Source: a virus
UHGV virus genome: UHGV-0114729
DNA: 45,034 bases
Reading direction: 5' to 3' (one strand)
Program-made: the position numbers and the translations under genes
In this document: positions 8,543 to 18,214 of the stretch, in pieces
Numbering within the stretch: position 1 is the stretch's first letter
Layout: the number at the start of each line of letters is the position of its first letter
Notes under the pieces: model-generated
The model's input: the letters and a program-made list of their open reading frames with translations, nothing else
Databases searched by the model: none
What the model was told of the DNA's origin: nothing

Positions 8543-9133
8543 TTATTGCTGGTCTTCGACATAAATCCCGGCAGAAATAATCGCACCGCCGATTTGCCGA
8601 CGACCATAAAGAAGCGGTACCGGATAGCCCTGCGCGGCGGTGTTGGTGACTCCACCGAACGCGTATGAGGCGCGGTTATCTGAACTCTGTTTGCTGGCCA
8701 GCCCCGCTGGTTGAGGGGAAAGCATCTGAACAACCCCGCCAATCATCATTGCGGCACCGAATTTGTATAAGAATGGTGATGCCGCAGCCCAGGGTGTGAA
8801 ATTAAGCACCGCCCCAACGGCAACCAGAACTGCACCAAGTATTGTCTGGAGTAATCCGGCCTTTTTGCTCCCGATAATCACCGGGACAATGCGAATGACA
8901 TCGCCGGTGACCGGGTAACCCAGGTCATCAACACCAATATTCTTTTTCCCTTTGAATACTGAATAAGTGAGACCACGGCGTTGGCTGGAAATCATAAACT
9001 GCTCAAAGCCCGGTATAGTCTTTGCCAGCGCAACACTCGCTTCGTTCACGCGGGAAATCAGGCGATGGTGAACTTTACCGAATGTTTTCCCGAGCACGCC
9101 GCCAAGCTCAATGCGGGTCATTACTTCCTGCAT
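8543..9133 (-). CDS. I: Tail assembly protein I
   Basis: 196 aa; lambda gpI-like Gly-rich hydrophobic C-terminal half; position between K and J. Confidence 0.8.
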   Translation of the reverse strand: MQEVMTRIELGGVLGKTFGKVHHRLISRVNEASVALAKTIPGFEQFMISSQRRGLTYSVFKGKKNIGVDDLGYPVTGDVIRIVPVIIGSKKAGLLQTILGAVLVAVGAVLNFTPWAAASPFLYKFGAAMMIGGVVQMLSPQPAGLASKQSSDNRASYAFGGVTNTAAQGYPVPLLYGRRQIGGAIISAGIYVEDQQ

Positions 9134-9852
9134 GTTTCACCTGCCATTACATCTTTATAGCGAACGATCTTCATTGTGCGCTCCTGCCAGTATCCGCCAT
9201 AAGGAACACGTTGACTCAGATGCCCGTAAAGATGGTGCAGCAGCATGTTACCCTCCAGTAAAATCCCGGCATGATTCCACTTATCGGCCTGCACCTGCAT
9301 GATGACGAGGTCCCCTTCCTGAGGCGGACCATCAAACTCCCTGAATCCGCACTCGTACCAGCACTCCTGATAGAAATTGTCCGGGTAGTCGTTTTCCCAC
9401 CAGGGATAATCCACCCGGTAATCGTGGAGCTCGATACAGTGGGTCTGCCGGAAATAGCTCATTACCAGACCCCAGCAATCGAAGTGGCCAAGCACGAACG
9501 GACGCTCCAGCAATGGCAGCTCCCCGCGTGGCTGAATGGTACGTAAATCCCCCTCTGGCCAGCTCACAATATGCCAGGGCAGCAGCGTTGCATCACACTG
9601 CGCCTTATCCAGCTCGCTGGCCTGCGTCGTCGCATCAGGATGGCTGTGAACAATGGCCACCACCGTCCCCCAGTCTTCTGCCGCTGCGTAATCTTCGGGG
9701 GACAGGTGAAAATGTTCAGTCGGCTCTGCTGCGAGATTACGACAGGGAAAATAGCGCTCAACCCGGCTTTTCTGTGCCACCACGCCGCAGCACTCTCGCG
9801 GATATTCCGCTGCAGCGTGTGCCATGATGGCATCAATGGTTTTCTGGCGCAT
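9121..9852 (-). CDS. K: Tail assembly protein K (NlpC/P60 plus JAB/MPN)
   Basis: Near-identical to lambda gpK as remembered (YPRECCGVV, HSHPD); likely start MRQKTID at 9852. Confidence 0.9.
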   Translation of the reverse strand: MRQKTIDAIMAHAAAEYPRECCGVVAQKSRVERYFPCRNLAAEPTEHFHLSPEDYAAAEDWGTVVAIVHSHPDATTQASELDKAQCDATLLPWHIVSWPEGDLRTIQPRGELPLLERPFVLGHFDCWGLVMSYFRQTHCIELHDYRVDYPWWENDYPDNFYQECWYECGFREFDGPPQEGDLVIMQVQADKWNHAGILLEGNMLLHHLYGHLSQRVPYGGYWQERTMKIVRYKDVMAGETCRK

Positions 9853-9853
9853 A

Positions 9854-10609
9854 TCAGCTCCTGATAAGAGATGTACCGGGGAAACCGCCAAACGGCAGCT
9901 CGTTGCTGTCTCCGTGCCGGAGCTTGCAGGCCGTCAGCGTGCCGTTGCAGACATCCAGCGATGGATCGTCAACCGGATTATTGTTTTTGTCGAAATAGCG
10001 CGTTCCGGCATAGTCGCAGCCGTCGCCGGTCCGGTACTTGTTCCGGATGCACCAGCTGCATAACGAATGCAGCTGCCGCGTGGGTATCATCTGGCCCTGT
10101 AAATCCATCGGACTGGAAAGCGTAAATTCAACAGATTCATCCGTCTCGGTGCTTCTGGCATCGATATAAAAGACCTTCAGCTTTTCCTGTGACGGGTCTG
10201 CAGTGGGATTGCCCTGCGGAAAATTTCTGGCGTCCAGATACTGTGCCAGCGTGTCGTGGATACTCACTTTCGCCTGCAGCAGATCGTCATACGCCAGACA
10301 GAGCGCTGAGATCGAGCTGTCCAGGTTCGCCACACTCAGTTTTGGCTGTGGACTGGTACCGTCCGTAGTCGCTTCAATACCCTCAACCTGACACGGCCAG
10401 GCTTTATACTCCTCCCCCTGCCACCAGATGGACTTCGCCGGAAGTTTATTCTCATCCCCGCCTGCAGCCTCAATCTCTTCCGGGGTATGCGCGATATTAT
10501 GTGCGTGGAAGCGGAGTACATCTGACATACCGAACGCTGTGCCATCGACAGAAAAAAGCCGGACTTCATTGCCCGGCTCGAGTTTTTGATAATCAGCATT
10601 AAGACTCAT
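9854..10609 (-). CDS. L: Minor tail protein L
   Basis: 251 aa; cysteine cluster CDYAG...CNGTLTACKLRHGD typical of gpL; synteny. Confidence 0.85.
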   Translation of the reverse strand: MSLNADYQKLEPGNEVRLFSVDGTAFGMSDVLRFHAHNIAHTPEEIEAAGGDENKLPAKSIWWQGEEYKAWPCQVEGIEATTDGTSPQPKLSVANLDSSISALCLAYDDLLQAKVSIHDTLAQYLDARNFPQGNPTADPSQEKLKVFYIDARSTETDESVEFTLSSPMDLQGQMIPTRQLHSLCSWCIRNKYRTGDGCDYAGTRYFDKNNNPVDDPSLDVCNGTLTACKLRHGDSNELPFGGFPGTSLIRS

Positions 10610-10953
10610 GGTGCAAATGCCTGTTCAAACGTTGCGGTTACGGTTATCACTTTTACGTTTTTAACCACCTTTTTGAGCGTGTCAGCCTCGACACGCCACA
10701 GCGCGGTATCGCCGAAAGGCGGTGTGAAAATAAACGACTTCACTTTATGCCGCCGAAGGAAAGCGTGAATTTCATTCGCTGTAGTCGGATCCCCTGAAAA
10801 GGAATATTCATAGGTACGAATCTCATCATTCAGGCCGGAGCCGCTCACCTGTGCGTACCCGTCGCCGAACTGGACCTTCCTGACTGTGTCTTTGCTTCCC
10901 TCGGTGGGCTGGCTGGAAACCTTAATGCCCCAGGGGAATGTTTCTATCGTCAT
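10606..10953 (-). CDS. M: Minor tail protein M
   Basis: 115 aa; RKVQFGDGY motif as in lambda gpM; synteny. Confidence 0.85.
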   Translation of the reverse strand: MTIETFPWGIKVSSQPTEGSKDTVRKVQFGDGYAQVSGSGLNDEIRTYEYSFSGDPTTANEIHAFLRRHKVKSFIFTPPFGDTALWRVEADTLKKVVKNVKVITVTATFEQAFAP

Positions 10954-10958
10954 AACTG

Positions 10959-13475
10959 TTACCTGCGATTGGTCGCATTCCAGATAAGCCCACCGGGCTG
11001 GATTGCCCTGGCGATACCATCGTTGACAGATTTGTTAATCACCTGCTGATACGCCTTACCCAGCCTGTCTCCGTCGTTTTGCTGCTGTGCGTTACCGGAA
11101 GCATTCTCGACCGTCACCGGGGCATATACACTGACACCGAAAGGTGCTGCAGCCGGGCCTGTACCACCGCCCCCGACATACCCACCCGTGGCATACCCTT
11201 TCATCATCCGGTAAAGATTGCCGACGCCGATCCGGCTGGTAGCCTCTTTGGTGAAAACAAATTCACCACGGTGAACGACACCTGCAGGTTCATATTTCCC
11301 GCCTGAACCGGTATAACCGCCACCTGCAAATCCCAGCGCGGTTGTCGCTGAATCCACCAGGCCTACCATCGCCTGTTTCAGCAGGATCTGTGTCAGCATG
11401 GAGAGCGTGGAGCGGGTGAAGTCAGCCCAGTCAGCCTTTCCGCGCGTCAGCATGTCAGCCATATTTTGCCCGATGCCATCAAACGCACTGGTGGCAGCCG
11501 ACTTCATCTGGCCATAAGCATCTGAAGCGGAATCAACATAATCTGCCCATGCGGATTTGGCTCCGGACTGCCAGTCGTCCCGCAGCTTATCCTGCTCGGC
11601 GTAATACGCCTGCAGCGCCTGCAGCTCATTCTGATAACCAGCATCGTTCTCCGAACCACCACCATTTTTCCAGCCCTGAAGAAGCTGGGCCTCTTCATTG
11701 CGACGTTGTGCTGCACGACTGCTCATACCAGCACTTTCCGCAAGGGCTCGGGTTTTCTCGCCGATCTGCGTGACGTATTTTTGGGACGTATCCTGCAGGC
11801 GATTAAGCCGCTCCTGCGCCACTATCTGATCGCCGAGCTTCGCATTCAGCTCCGCACGGGAAAGCACCTCACTTTTACTGGCCAGCAGGGATTTTTCCTC
11901 AGCAGAAAGCGTTCGGGTCTTCGCGGCCTCTTCCAGAACCGTAAAGCGGGACTGCTGACGCCACAGCTCCTGACGCTGCTGGCTGATGGTGTCATTGATG
12001 CTCTTATGCTCCTGCAGGGTGCGCAGCTGTGTCTGTAGCTCCAGCGTCTGGGCACTGGCCGTATCGGTGGCACGGGCACCTGCGGGGGTTCTGATTGCCG
12101 GGGTCTTCTTCGGCTTTTTAAGGGTGTCTTCGTACTCTTTTTTCGCGGCAGCCAGGTTGATGTTGTAGTCAGCCTGGAGGATCCGCCCCTCTTTCAGCGC
12201 CTTGTTGAGCTCGCTCTGCCTGGCCGTGTATTTCTCAAGGGCAGTTTGGGTTTTGGCATAGTTGGCCTGAGCCTGCGCGGCATATTTCTGACGATCGGAC
12301 TCTGCGACCGCTTCACGGGAAGCATTCTCTTCGTTCGCTTTGGCAATACCAGCCTGCTGCTGCGCCATATCCAGTGCCAGTCTGGCCGTTTCACGATCAT
12401 TCCAGAACCGGGCGCGGGCCTCATCATTCACATAATGATCGCCTTTACGCAGATTCCAGATTTCATCAGCCTTTTTAAACGCGGCCTGGGCTTTTGCCAC
12501 CATCTCCTGGGCGGTGTCAGGTCTGCCAATATCAAGTGCAGCATCCCACATCGACTTGAAGGCACGCTTCAGGGAATCCGCTGAAGACTCAATCGTCCCC
12601 ATATTGTCGCGGATGGCCTTGGTCTGATCGTTGAATCCGGCAGTAGCAGCCTGATTAGCCGCCTGCAGTGCGCCAGCCTCATCACCGGCACGCTGCAGCT
12701 GTGCCACATGGGCAATCTGTTCGGCCGTAACATTGTGGAACTGCTGAGCCATCGCGATCAGGCCTGATGTCGGGTCAGTAGTGAGCTTGCCGTATGCGGC
12801 TGCGACTTTTTCCACCGGCACGCCGGAGGCATCAGTAAATCGCGCCACCGCCTGGCTCATTTCATCAAAGCGCGAACTCGCGCCCACCCCCGCGTTGATA
12901 AGCTCGCTCAGGGCTTCGCTGGTCTGATTGAACGTCAGCCCCGCTGCCTGGCCGTTTCGTGCCAGCGCCAACATACGATCGGCAGTCAATCCGGCCGTGT
13001 TCCCCGACAGTACCAGCGTTTTGTTGAAGTCAGATAGTGTGGATGAGCCCTGGTACCAGGCATAGAACAGCGCACCCGTTGCGGCGGACAGTGCACCGAT
13101 GCCGACCATCAACGGTGAGATCGTACCCAGTAAGGCCCGGAATGTTGGTATTATCCCGCCAAAGGAGTCCTTAACCTGACCGCCCTGCTGAAGCAGAATC
13201 AGCCATGGGTTCTGCCCGCCCGCTAGCTGCGTAGCTATATCGGTAAACTGCGCCGGAAGCATACGCATTGCTGCGTTATACTGGCCTATTGAAATACCCG
13301 CCTTGCGCGCGGCGTTCTCCTGGCGGCTAAAGGACTGCTGGATCCGTAGCGCTTCGTCGTTCGCCGCGCTGCCAGTCTGCTTTAATTCTTTTTTGACGTA
13401 GTTAAGCTGCTCGTTAAATTTCGTCGAGTTAACGTCAAGGTTAACGACCAGATCACCCACTGCCGTCTGGGCCAT
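10959..13475 (-). CDS. H: Tail tape measure protein H
   Basis: 838 aa, Ala/Gln-rich coiled-coil protein between G/T and M. Confidence 0.9.
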   Translation of the reverse strand: MAQTAVGDLVVNLDVNSTKFNEQLNYVKKELKQTGSAANDEALRIQQSFSRQENAARKAGISIGQYNAAMRMLPAQFTDIATQLAGGQNPWLILLQQGGQVKDSFGGIIPTFRALLGTISPLMVGIGALSAATGALFYAWYQGSSTLSDFNKTLVLSGNTAGLTADRMLALARNGQAAGLTFNQTSEALSELINAGVGASSRFDEMSQAVARFTDASGVPVEKVAAAYGKLTTDPTSGLIAMAQQFHNVTAEQIAHVAQLQRAGDEAGALQAANQAATAGFNDQTKAIRDNMGTIESSADSLKRAFKSMWDAALDIGRPDTAQEMVAKAQAAFKKADEIWNLRKGDHYVNDEARARFWNDRETARLALDMAQQQAGIAKANEENASREAVAESDRQKYAAQAQANYAKTQTALEKYTARQSELNKALKEGRILQADYNINLAAAKKEYEDTLKKPKKTPAIRTPAGARATDTASAQTLELQTQLRTLQEHKSINDTISQQRQELWRQQSRFTVLEEAAKTRTLSAEEKSLLASKSEVLSRAELNAKLGDQIVAQERLNRLQDTSQKYVTQIGEKTRALAESAGMSSRAAQRRNEEAQLLQGWKNGGGSENDAGYQNELQALQAYYAEQDKLRDDWQSGAKSAWADYVDSASDAYGQMKSAATSAFDGIGQNMADMLTRGKADWADFTRSTLSMLTQILLKQAMVGLVDSATTALGFAGGGYTGSGGKYEPAGVVHRGEFVFTKEATSRIGVGNLYRMMKGYATGGYVGGGGTGPAAAPFGVSVYAPVTVENASGNAQQQNDGDRLGKAYQQVINKSVNDGIARAIQPGGLIWNATNRR

Positions 13476-13806
13476 AGCGCACGCCTCCTGAAATACCTGC
13501 AGCCTTCGCCATCAGCGTATCGTCATCCGGCTCATCAACGTCGATGCTTTCCGATACAGGGGAAAGGATGCTGAAACTGTCCGGTGTTAATTCCGGATCA
13601 GCAAAAAACAGGGTTGAGATGGTGTAGAGCAAACCGGAGAAATGAGCATCCAGCTGCGCATCATGAAAGTAATTGTCCTGGTAGAAGATTTTCCAGTCGC
13701 CGTATTCCGTTGAGGACATGCCAGCAAGCATGGCACGCCAGTCCGGGCGACCGAACTCACGCGCCAGTTTCATGGCAAACTTCAGCTCACTGGCGAGGGC
13801 TTTTCC
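13453..13806 (-). CDS. T: T portion of the G-T frameshift fusion (tail assembly chaperone GT)
   Basis: ORF 13453..13773 is in the -1 frame relative to G and is open back to a GGAAAAG heptamer at 13800..13806 just before the G stop. Confidence 0.75.
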   Translation of the reverse strand, partial: GKALASELKFAMKLAREFGRPDWRAMLAGMSSTEYGDWKIFYQDNYFHDAQLDAHFSGLLYTISTLFFADPELTPDSFSILSPVSESIDVDEPDDDTLMAKAAGISGGVRYGPDGSG

Positions 13807-14204
13807 GCAGTAACAGGTTCAGCGGGTTCATTACGTTCTTCACCGGGCTCAGCCTGGTCATCAGTGACCGGCGCAATCATCCCGGACAGGAGTTTCACCT
13901 TATATTCGGCTTCGGCAACAAGTTCGGTCGGCCATGTCTGCATGACCTCATCCTGAATCTGCTCCACTTCCGCCGCCGCGTTTTCTCCCTGCGATCCTTT
14001 AAGCGCGTGGCCATGCCAGAGTGACATTGCCACCAGATATGCTCCACTCTTCACGGTAAGGGTAATGGCAGCCTGAAAATCACCAGCTTCAACCGCCTCA
14101 AGTTGTTTCAGGTATTCGAGGTATTCAATACGCTGCAGCGCCGACAGCTGGAACAATGTGACGCTGCTGCCGTTACTTTCAAGCAGCTCGCTCTTTAGAA
14201 ACAT
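13782..14204 (-). CDS. G: Tail assembly chaperone G
   Basis: 140 aa, acidic C-terminus, directly after V; the downstream ORF is in the -1 frame. Confidence 0.85.
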   Translation of the reverse strand: MFLKSELLESNGSSVTLFQLSALQRIEYLEYLKQLEAVEAGDFQAAITLTVKSGAYLVAMSLWHGHALKGSQGENAAAEVEQIQDEVMQTWPTELVAEAEYKVKLLSGMIAPVTDDQAEPGEERNEPAEPVTAEKPSPVS

Positions 14205-14240
14205 AATTACTCCGGGGGAACGGGGCTTTCGCCCCGGTTA

Positions 14241-14978
14241 TCAGGAAACAGTGACTTTGCAGATCGCCACAAAGTTACCGTCATTGCTCATTACGATGAT
14301 CTCGACGGTGCCTGCCGCCACGCCGGTAACAGTCAGGGTATTGCCGCTGACGGTGACCGTTGCTTTTGACGGATCAGAACTGGCTACGCGGAAAGACTTA
14401 TCTGAAGCACTTGCTGGCAGGACAGAAACAACCAGTTGCGTCGTGGCCGCGACAGCCACAGCCGCCGTGGATTTATCCAGGCTGATCCCCGTAACGGCAA
14501 TCGGCGCGGTACCACTGTCTTCGGCCAGCGATGGTTTGCCATTGTTGGTGATTTTTGCCGTGCGGGTCATGACCTCTTTAGACGAGATGGTCTTGCCGAG
14601 ACTGCTCACCCAGCCCTTAAAGACATCGACAACACCATTCGGATATTTGATTTTATACCCCTTCACGGTGCCTTCATCGAACCAGTTCACCAGGTCCTGC
14701 TGACCGGAATCCTCCGGCATCCATGCGAGCGTCAGGTTTGTTTCACCGGCTGATTTCTGCCCCTGCATCGTTGATGTCCAGTCGGCATTCTCATCATCGA
14801 TGTAGGTGTCATCTTCCGATTCAGCTGTCAGTTCTCCGGGCTGCAGGTCTTTAATCTTTGCCAGGCGCAGCCAGTCAACGTCTGAAAGCGGATTGGCGTA
14901 TGGATCACCAGTTCCGGTGTAAACCCAGAGGGTGGTACCAGCACCTTTTGTTGGTGCCAGCGGGTTTGGTGTGGCCAT
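14241..14978 (-). CDS. V: Major tail protein V with C-terminal Ig-like domain
   Basis: 245 aa; lambda gpV-like N-terminal domain and Big_2-like C-terminus. Confidence 0.9.
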   Translation of the reverse strand: MATPNPLAPTKGAGTTLWVYTGTGDPYANPLSDVDWLRLAKIKDLQPGELTAESEDDTYIDDENADWTSTMQGQKSAGETNLTLAWMPEDSGQQDLVNWFDEGTVKGYKIKYPNGVVDVFKGWVSSLGKTISSKEVMTRTAKITNNGKPSLAEDSGTAPIAVTGISLDKSTAAVAVAATTQLVVSVLPASASDKSFRVASSDPSKATVTVSGNTLTVTGVAAGTVEIIVMSNDGNFVAICKVTVS

Positions 14979-14985
14979 AGGGTCC

Positions 14986-15384
14986 TCACATGTCGTAAGT
15001 AATGGAATATTTCAGGTCGGCAGAACTCCACAGCGCCATATCGTCATCGCGCTGGTAGTCATAGCCCTGCTGAACCATTGTGGTGATAAGAGATTCAAGC
15101 CCCGGAACCTCTGCGAGAACCGGATACACTCTCGTCTCCATCCAGTCATCCAGATCAGAATCAGGTACCTGAGCCTCAAGAAAGACTTCGATATGCAGAA
15201 TGGCCTGCCAGCTATCGGCGTCCAGTTCTTCCCCTGTGTATTCCGCATCTGTCAGGTAGACGGCAACAGCGGGAAAATCACCCTCTTCGAGCACTGCAGG
15301 TCTGCCGTCAAAATAAATGACATCAGTACCAATCGCGCTTTCCAGCGCGTCAATAATCACCTTGCGAATATCGCTGTGTTTCAT
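14986..15384 (-). CDS. U: Tail terminator protein U
   Basis: 132 aa, near-identical to lambda gpU as remembered ([24 protein letters not shown]). Confidence 0.95.
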   Translation of the reverse strand: MKHSDIRKVIIDALESAIGTDVIYFDGRPAVLEEGDFPAVAVYLTDAEYTGEELDADSWQAILHIEVFLEAQVPDSDLDDWMETRVYPVLAEVPGLESLITTMVQQGYDYQRDDDMALWSSADLKYSITYDM

Positions 15385-15935
15385 CGTGTCAGAATTAACC
15401 TGAGTTGGTTGGTAAGGGATGCCCGGAGCTCTTTGGGCATATCTGACTCCATGAGCTTCGGCAGTTCTTCTTTAAATGCCGTAGTTAATGGAGCTGCCAG
15501 CGGGATGCTGACCACTTCAATGGGGTAACGAGGTTTTGAAGTCCGCCTCATGACATGCCAGCGACCATTTTTAAGTTGCTGGATAAAGCCGCCCGGAAAA
15601 CGAAATGGCCCTATGCGCAGAACGCTGTTGGCCCCTTTCTTGTCCCGTTTTCTGCGGGAAAGTCGCACGCTTGCGGTACCGAGTTTAATGGCCGGTAAAT
15701 TTCCCCGGTTTACCCGGATAAGTGCACGAGGTCTATTGACCGTCGCACGCTTCACCCTGGCGCGTTGCTTTACCAGTTTTCGCGGTACGCGCGTATCTTT
15801 TGATACGACTGCCACGCTGCGGCTGACGGCCCGGTTTGCCACGCGGTTAACGGCCTGCGCCGATGCCCGCGGAACAGCCGTTTTGCTGATGCTGTTAAGG
15901 TTTTCTATGGCCTGTTCAAGGCCTTTTATGGACAT
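15381..15935 (-). CDS. Z: Tail completion protein Z
   Basis: 184 aa, lambda gpZ-like (IKGLEQA, GAFIQQLKNGRWHVM). Confidence 0.9.
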   Translation of the reverse strand: MSIKGLEQAIENLNSISKTAVPRASAQAVNRVANRAVSRSVAVVSKDTRVPRKLVKQRARVKRATVNRPRALIRVNRGNLPAIKLGTASVRLSRRKRDKKGANSVLRIGPFRFPGGFIQQLKNGRWHVMRRTSKPRYPIEVVSIPLAAPLTTAFKEELPKLMESDMPKELRASLTNQLRLILTR

Positions 15936-15944
15936 ATGCGCTCC

Positions 15945-16298
15945 TTAACGGCGACGCGAAGATGCAGGTGGAGAGCCGTTACCCAGACAGATATGACAGG
16001 AGCCACAGTCATCCGGACCAATACGTTCAACCCAGAATTGCCGACCGTTAATCGTCAGCGTGTCCATACGCTGCAGCTGCCTGACAGTGGCGGTTTCCAC
16101 AAACAGGGTCGGGCTGGTTCCTTCAACACGAATCCCGGCACCGGCATATCCGATATTTTCTGGATCATCGAATACACCGACCAGGGTGGCACCTGACAAA
16201 GCGCCTGACATCACCTTTGCCTCTGTGCCCATCACACCACGGATAGCGCTATCAGCTCGCGACATGGCCTCGTCAAAGAGATTATCGAAATCAGCCAT
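15945..16298 (-). CDS. FII: Head-tail joining protein FII
   Basis: 117 aa, MADFDNLFD and GVFDDPENI as in lambda FII. Confidence 0.95.
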   Translation of the reverse strand: MADFDNLFDEAMSRADSAIRGVMGTEAKVMSGALSGATLVGVFDDPENIGYAGAGIRVEGTSPTLFVETATVRQLQRMDTLTINGRQFWVERIGPDDCGSCHICLGNGSPPASSRRR

Positions 16299-16308
16299 GT
16301 GGCCCCCT

Positions 16309-16734
16309 TCAGACTTCGAAAGCCAGCCCCTTTGCGATCAAGTCGTCGGCATCCTGTTCAGATACGCGGATAATCACACCAGGCTCTACGATAGATACCG
16401 GCTCGTTACGCGTGGCATGCAGAGCGTCAATATGCAGGGTGGCCAGCGTTTCTACTGATACCAGGTCACCCGTTGTGGCCGATTCCGTTTTTACTTTTGC
16501 CACGTTAGCAACATTGTTGTCGGTGCTGTCGGTGCTGTCGGTGCTGTCGGTGCTGTCGGAAGCATTCTGCACGCCGTTTTCACCGTCAACTGACCCGGCA
16601 TTGCCATCCAGTTCCTCTTCAAGCTCAGCAATACGCATCGTCAGTTCCTGAATGGTGCCGCTGGTACTGACCTCGCGGTTAAGCTGGGTCCCAAGTTCAT
16701 TCAGGCGGGCGACCAGCTTTTCTTTTTCTGTCAT
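16309..16734 (-). CDS. FI: DNA packaging protein FI
   Basis: Lambda FI-like ends; likely start MTEKEK at 16734 with GGAG at -9; central linker encoded by a 9-bp tandem repeat. Confidence 0.85.
   Translation of the reverse strand: MTEKEKLVARLNELGTQLNREVSTSGTIQELTMRIAELEEELDGNAGSVDGENGVQNASDSTDSTDSTDSTDNNVANVAKVKTESATTGDLVSVETLATLHIDALHATRNEPVSIVEPGVIIRVSEQDADDLIAKGLAFEV
16519..16554. repeat. Four perfect 9-bp tandem repeats (GTCGGTGCT) encoding (STD)n in the FI linker
   Basis: Read directly from the sequence. Confidence 0.9.
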
Positions 16735-16779
16735 GGGAAATACTCCAGAAAGGTGGCCCGACAGGGCCACTGGGGGAAG

Positions 16780-17805
16780 TTATGCCAGTTTGACGGAGAC
16801 GAATGCGTCAGGGTCTGGCAGCAGCATCAGCGGAGCTGACTGAATCATGGTGAATTCGCGCGCCGGATCCCCCGACTGCACCCAGTTTTTCGGGTAGCGT
16901 GTCGAGGCATTGATACCTTCGCGCTGGGCATCAGCATCAAGAATGCAGCCATAGGTACGCAGGCCACGAGCCTGGGTATTCCCCAGCACCATTGTCAGGT
17001 CCGGCAGATAATTCTTTTTGACGTCGTTTTCGACGTACTGGCCGGAGTACACCACGATGGCCACATCGCCAAACATCCCCTTGTATGAAACAGCCATACC
17101 CAGGTCTTTCACGGCAGTTTCCAGCTCAGAGTTAGAACCACGACGCGTATCCAGCTTCTTCTCAACAGCCTTGAAGGAACGGAACAGCGCCCAGCCTTTC
17201 GGATCGAACACAATGATGTTGACCACACCGCTGGCGTTGAGCGCGTAGGCTTCAATGTCATCGGTCGGGTCATACGTTTCTTTGTCGCGGGTTGACCATG
17301 CAGCCGCACCGGCCTGGACAATGTTGTTACCAGCGCTGCGGCCCATATCGACTTCAACAGGCTCGAACGCTTCCCCGGTCATGGTGTATTTACCGCTGAG
17401 CACCGCCGAAACAGCCTGTTTCTCTTCGACCTGAGCAATCGCCAGCTCTTCATCCTTCATGTTCTGAAGGATAATGCGGCGACGGCGATAGACCGGGTCA
17501 GCGAGATTCTGCGGATCCTCATCCGGCAGGCGGCGGAGAGTCATCAGTGGGTTAACTTCGTGTTTCGGCTTCACATAACCCGGCGTGAATTCAGACGTGC
17601 TGCCGCCACGGGAGCGGATCACTTTGCCGGAGACAATCGGCGAGACGTAAAGCGCCATATTGACCAGGCCAGGAATTTGCGACAGGTAAACCTTCTCTGT
17701 ACTGAAGGGATAGGTTTCGCGGAAAAAGATACGCAGGAAAAGCGGATCGAATTTGAATTTCTTCTCATTGACCGCCAGCAGTTGGGCAGTGGTGTAAACG
17801 GACAT
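16780..17805 (-). CDS. E: Major capsid protein E
   Basis: 341 aa, lambda gpE-like throughout. Confidence 0.95.
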   Translation of the reverse strand: MSVYTTAQLLAVNEKKFKFDPLFLRIFFRETYPFSTEKVYLSQIPGLVNMALYVSPIVSGKVIRSRGGSTSEFTPGYVKPKHEVNPLMTLRRLPDEDPQNLADPVYRRRRIILQNMKDEELAIAQVEEKQAVSAVLSGKYTMTGEAFEPVEVDMGRSAGNNIVQAGAAAWSTRDKETYDPTDDIEAYALNASGVVNIIVFDPKGWALFRSFKAVEKKLDTRRGSNSELETAVKDLGMAVSYKGMFGDVAIVVYSGQYVENDVKKNYLPDLTMVLGNTQARGLRTYGCILDADAQREGINASTRYPKNWVQSGDPAREFTMIQSAPLMLLPDPDAFVSVKLA

Positions 17806-17819
17806 AGATTTTTCCCGTA

Positions 17820-17846
17820 AAAAAAGCCGCGCAAGCGGCTTTTATG
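17820..17846 (-). terminator. Terminator-like hairpin between D and E
   Basis: Minus-strand AAAGCCGC-TTGC-GCGGCTTT followed by TTTTTTAC. Confidence 0.5.
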
Positions 17847-17872
17847 AATGATGATGGTTGTAGAAATGCGGA

Positions 17873-18205
17873 TTAAACGATGCTGATTGCAGTACCGGCG
17901 AACGCGTTACGTTTAATGTTGTCGTCGGTGACGGCAGATGGCCAGAGGACATCTTCAATACGGAAAGAGCCAGATTTGTAATATGCCAGTTCCGCGCTGT
18001 TCTGGTCTGCGGTTACAGCCAGGATGCCCATTGCCGCGCCAGCATGAGCACCATCCCAGACGGTCAGCTTGCCAGAAGTGGCATCCAGCATGAGCGGCGT
18101 CATGGCTGGAGTGGAAGCCGTCAGTTCGCCAGGACCATACGCAGTGTGCGCCGGGTCGCTGTTACCGAGCGGCTGGTTATGTGTGAAAACTTCAGTAATT
18201 GCCAT
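17873..18205 (-). CDS. D: Head decoration protein D
   Basis: 110 aa, lambda gpD-like ([19 protein letters not shown]). Confidence 0.95.
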   Translation of the reverse strand: MAITEVFTHNQPLGNSDPAHTAYGPGELTASTPAMTPLMLDATSGKLTVWDGAHAGAAMGILAVTADQNSAELAYYKSGSFRIEDVLWPSAVTDDNIKRNAFAGTAISIV

Positions 18206-18214
18206 GATAGCCTC

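Noticed and set aside
16735-16770. Upstream start of FI (MALSGHLSGVFP)
   Set aside because: Would place the start inside the E-FI hairpin without an RBS; the ATG at 16734 has GGAG at -9 and matches the expected FI N-terminus.
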